A stretch of DNA of 63,029 nucleotides, counting the filler, from Licmophora abbreviata (taxonomy: Eukaryota): assembly GCA_900291995.1 (NCBI GenBank). It is 11 parts of 11 records of this genome, joined end to end, with 100 filler letters (N's around TTAATTAATTAA, not from the genome) between each part and the next. Parts side by side here need not be neighbours in the genome. Positions count along the whole stretch, not along the records: positions 59,944 to 63,029 come from OLMU01001616.1; 10 more parts are not named here. One strand, given 5' to 3'. Below, one piece after another: positions 60,191 through 63,029 of this stretch. A program made the translations under genes and the position numbers. The notes below the pieces were generated by a model. That model ran no database searches and was not told the DNA's origin. It saw only the letters and a list, made by a program, of their open reading frames with translations. Position 1 is the stretch's first letter. Each line of letters begins with the position of its first letter.

Positions 60191-61018
60191 ATGAAGACTT
60201 CCAAGCTGCTTTTGCTGTTCGTTCTGCTAAGCCACCACGCAGGAGTTCAAGAACTCGTCGTGAATGCATTCGTCAGTCCGTCTCCGTACAGTAGTGCAAC
60301 GCAGTGTCATCCTGGGAGGACTGTCCACCACCATTCGTACGACAGCAGCATCTGCTTCGTAATCCCAACGGTCTCTTACGTTCGCGATTCCGCTTCTGAC
60401 TCGCTGCCCTTCCGCACGCGTCAACAGCAGCAACAAGAAAGACGACAAGAAACACGCTTGTTCCTGTACGGCTTGCCGCCCGATGGTGGTGGCGGCGGAA
60501 ATAACAACAACAAAGATGATTCTTTAAACGAAGTCTTCATGGGAATTGTATCGATTGTCGGCACGGTGGCCTTTTTCGCATCACCCCTCGGTGGTCTGGT
60601 CTTTGCCTTTTTCAACAGTATCTTGGTATTGGCCTTGACGCTTCCAATTGTCTTGTACGTGGCCTTTCAAGGATGGCAATTCTTCAACACCGTCCAAGGC
60701 CCGTGTCCCACCTGTGGTGCAGCGGTACGAGTATTGAAAGACAGTTCCTCTCCGTCAATCTGTTTTTCGTGTGGAAGTATCGTGCAGGCATCGGAGGACC
60801 AAGCAGGCATTGAGCTGACTGCGGAGAGCCGCGGTGACATGCGAATGGAGGAAATGAAGAATGCTGGGTCGCCCTTCTTTGGAGGGAGTGGATGGGGCGG
60901 TCCATCTATATTTTCGTCTCCTGAAACAAGGCAATCCAACAACAATGAAAACAACAACAAGAACAGACAACGCCGAGAGCAAACCATTATCGACGTCGAT
61001 ATTGAAAAAGACGACTGA
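60191..61018 (+). CDS. Plastid-targeted membrane protein with CxxC..CxxC zinc ribbon
   Basis: Signal peptide + VNA-FVS; two TM segments; GPCPTCG..CFSCG; C-terminal TIIDVD. Confidence 0.75.
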   Translation: MKTSKLLLLFVLLSHHAGVQELVVNAFVSPSPYSSATQCHPGRTVHHHSYDSSICFVIPTVSYVRDSASDSLPFRTRQQQQQERRQETRLFLYGLPPDGGGGGNNNNKDDSLNEVFMGIVSIVGTVAFFASPLGGLVFAFFNSILVLALTLPIVLYVAFQGWQFFNTVQGPCPTCGAAVRVLKDSSSPSICFSCGSIVQASEDQAGIELTAESRGDMRMEEMKNAGSPFFGGSGWGGPSIFSSPETRQSNNNENNNKNRQRREQTIIDVDIEKDD

Positions 61019-61112
61019 GCTACTACATCACGTGATGCCATTTATGAGCCATCATTCCTGCTACCATCACACTTTCTATAGGTCCATATGTTACTTTTCC
61101 TGTTACCCACTC

Positions 61113-62014
61113 TCAAACTTGCAAGCTCGATCGACTGCTGTCCCTCGATAGTTCCAATTCCTCCTCTTCCAACATGTCGGCCGTCAGTTTGTAAAGCGAC
61201 ATCATGCTTTTGGAATTCGATGTTCGAAAGGCTGCCTTCAACCGAGTACTATCAATACGCTTGACTCCCCGCAAAAGTTTCAATCGTACCACGAGTCGAT
61301 CCATTTCATGGTCGCCGAGATGCAAGTCCTTGTCGGTATCCGACGCCAGTAGGACCGACAAGAGTTGTTGCATGACTTGAGTTTCTTGAATGCACTTCAT
61401 GCGACGTTGCATGTCCCCATTCTCGATTGCCAATTGTTTGAATTCAGTCACACTCCTTCCATTCCTTTGAACAATGGCATCAAACTGTTGTCTAGACTCG
61501 ACAATCCACTCACTTGGCGTTCCAATTGTTGGTTTTCTGTCGCGAGTCGATTGTTCTGTACCGCCAAATCGTGAATCAACAGTCGAATCGAGTTGAGTTC
61601 TTCCATGAATGTGGGAACCTTGTTGAGTTTGCGACGCTGATGAATGACTGTGGGTGCCATGAAGAGAGGAAAGACGAACGCAAGATACGCAGCAATGCTA
61701 GCTTCCATGTACATGGCAGCAAGCGCAGTAGCGACTGATGTTTGAAACATGATGAAGAAGGAAGGTTGTGTGAGATATTATTATTACATGACACCATCAC
61801 ACCTCTTTTGATTCTACGTACTCGCCATACCGGCCACACTACTAGTGATAATCGTGTGTTTCTTGTTGCGCTCCTCTTGTTGTTGACGTCGCATCGCCGC
61901 AGTTTCCTTGGATTCCATGTGCATCCGGGCCAATTCGGCATCGGCCATTCTCTTGCCAGCATCCGCCATTAGCGAGGCCCCAACGACGACGGGAGGAACA
62001 TACGACGAAGTCAT
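61113..62014 (-). CDS. Hypothetical TM + coiled-coil protein with a single EF-hand-like loop (probable sequencing frameshift)
   Basis: Exons 62014-61822 and 61734-61113; one missing A near 61491 would join LEQQFDAIVQRNGRSVTEFK; DTDKDLHLGDHE loop. Confidence 0.65.
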
Positions 62015-62769
62015 GATGGTGTGAATCTCTTGGAAACGACACAAGGAGAGCGGTACATGATGGAGTATGTGTGTGTACTGTGGTCCTATCGAACTTCGAA
62101 ACACACACACTTTTTCTGGACTTGGTGCGGGAATGTTCGTCGCGCGTAGGAGGCAGTTTGGCGAAGCAGCGTGCGGGCCAGCTCTCCGTTCGGATATTTG
62201 CAATGTATTCGTTACAATTGATCCAATAAGTGATAACATCCTCAATCCTTTAGCTTAAGTATGATTTACTATTCCTCAGTCCCTAAGCATAAGTATTCAA
62301 GTGTGACTCGCCGGAAGACACGCCGATCCTTTCATCATCACATCATCACATCCAATTCCAAGAAGCGAGACAAGCGAGAACACAAAGACCAAAGCGAGTG
62401 TGCAAGAGGTGAGTCCTGATGCTTGTTCATCCTCTTGAACCGAGACTAGGCTACAGACAGAATCGACTCTCTTCAAAGGAGGGAAGAAGATGCGACCAAT
62501 ATTCATTCATTTCGTATCATACCCGCGGAAGCGGATGATGATTCAAATGCAAAATATACCGATACGAGTACTCTGCAGTATGAGTTTCGTGTAGAATCCT
62601 ACGCGCACTAAATTTTGCCCATGAGATTAGTAGGCTTGAGGAGGCGCGGCACAGACAAGACACATTCCTACAACCATGCTGTGGTCAACACAGAAGAAAT
62701 CTAGGCGTGGAAAAACCACTTCTTATTCTCTAACTCATCCATCTGTTGTTTTCATTGTGCTTTTCTACC

Positions 62770-63029
62770 ATGACGGCAGCCCAGCACGAATCTGTGTCTG
62801 AGCCAGCATCGTCATCACTATTTTTGCGGGAAGCGTCGTCGATTCAGAGTGACGTCGTTCTCCCTTCCAACGAGCCTTCGACACCATCCCTTTGGAGCAT
62901 CACTACAAAGATGAGCATGATGAGTGATTCGTACCTGACTTATTGGAACAAAAATCCCAAACAGCAACGACAACAACAAAGACTACCCACAGTCGTGATG
63001 TCATCGCAACGAGCACGATGTCCAGACTG
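62770..63029 (+). CDS. Possible 5' part of a gene running off the window end
   Basis: Stop-free frame from ATG 62770 to the window end; no recognised motif. Confidence 0.3.
   Translation, partial: MTAAQHESVSEPASSSLFLREASSIQSDVVLPSNEPSTPSLWSITTKMSMMSDSYLTYWNKNPKQQRQQQRLPTVVMSSQRARCPD

Noticed and set aside
62276..62349. Minus-strand TGATGA ... CTGA as a C/D snoRNA
   Set aside because: The C-like boxes are part of a (TGA)n low-complexity run; no terminal stem and no convincing guide.
1..63029. Transposable elements, rRNA or tRNA genes
   Set aside because: No RT/integrase/transposase motifs, LTRs, TIRs or rRNA/tRNA sequences recognised by eye; small or degenerate elements could have been missed.

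Overview
Gene-dense eukaryotic nuclear DNA, most likely from a pennate diatom. The evidence is short GT-AG introns, bipartite 'ASAFAP'-like plastid presequences, several diatom-type sulfotransferases and PS-rich surface proteins. It is a draft scaffold with ten artificial 100-bp gap spacers (44 N + TTAATTAATTAA + 44 N), and several homopolymer-associated frameshifts look like sequencing errors. About 35 protein-coding genes or gene fragments are supported, including UBE2Q-like E2, CDC14, M1 aminopeptidase, plastid NiCoT/UreH-like transporter, Uso1/p115, G6P 1-epimerase, patatin, MDR oxidoreductase, BRO1, APE1, DHHC, APRT, three sulfotransferases and two 2OG oxygenases. The top finding is a 336-nt intron in an NPPY-type N6-adenine methyltransferase gene that appears to host a ~220-nt three-hairpin H/ACA snoRNA. 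Its two pockets match conserved LSU rRNA peptidyl-transferase-centre sites equivalent to yeast Psi2865 and Psi2923. Other highlights are an MLO-like membrane protein fused to a calmodulin-like EF-hand domain, a vWA-auxilin-like J-domain fusion, a plastid-targeted double-SAP coiled-coil protein, repeat-aligned introns in Uso1, and a pseudogenised tandem copy of a sulfotransferase 3' end. All family calls are by motif recognition; no database searches were run.
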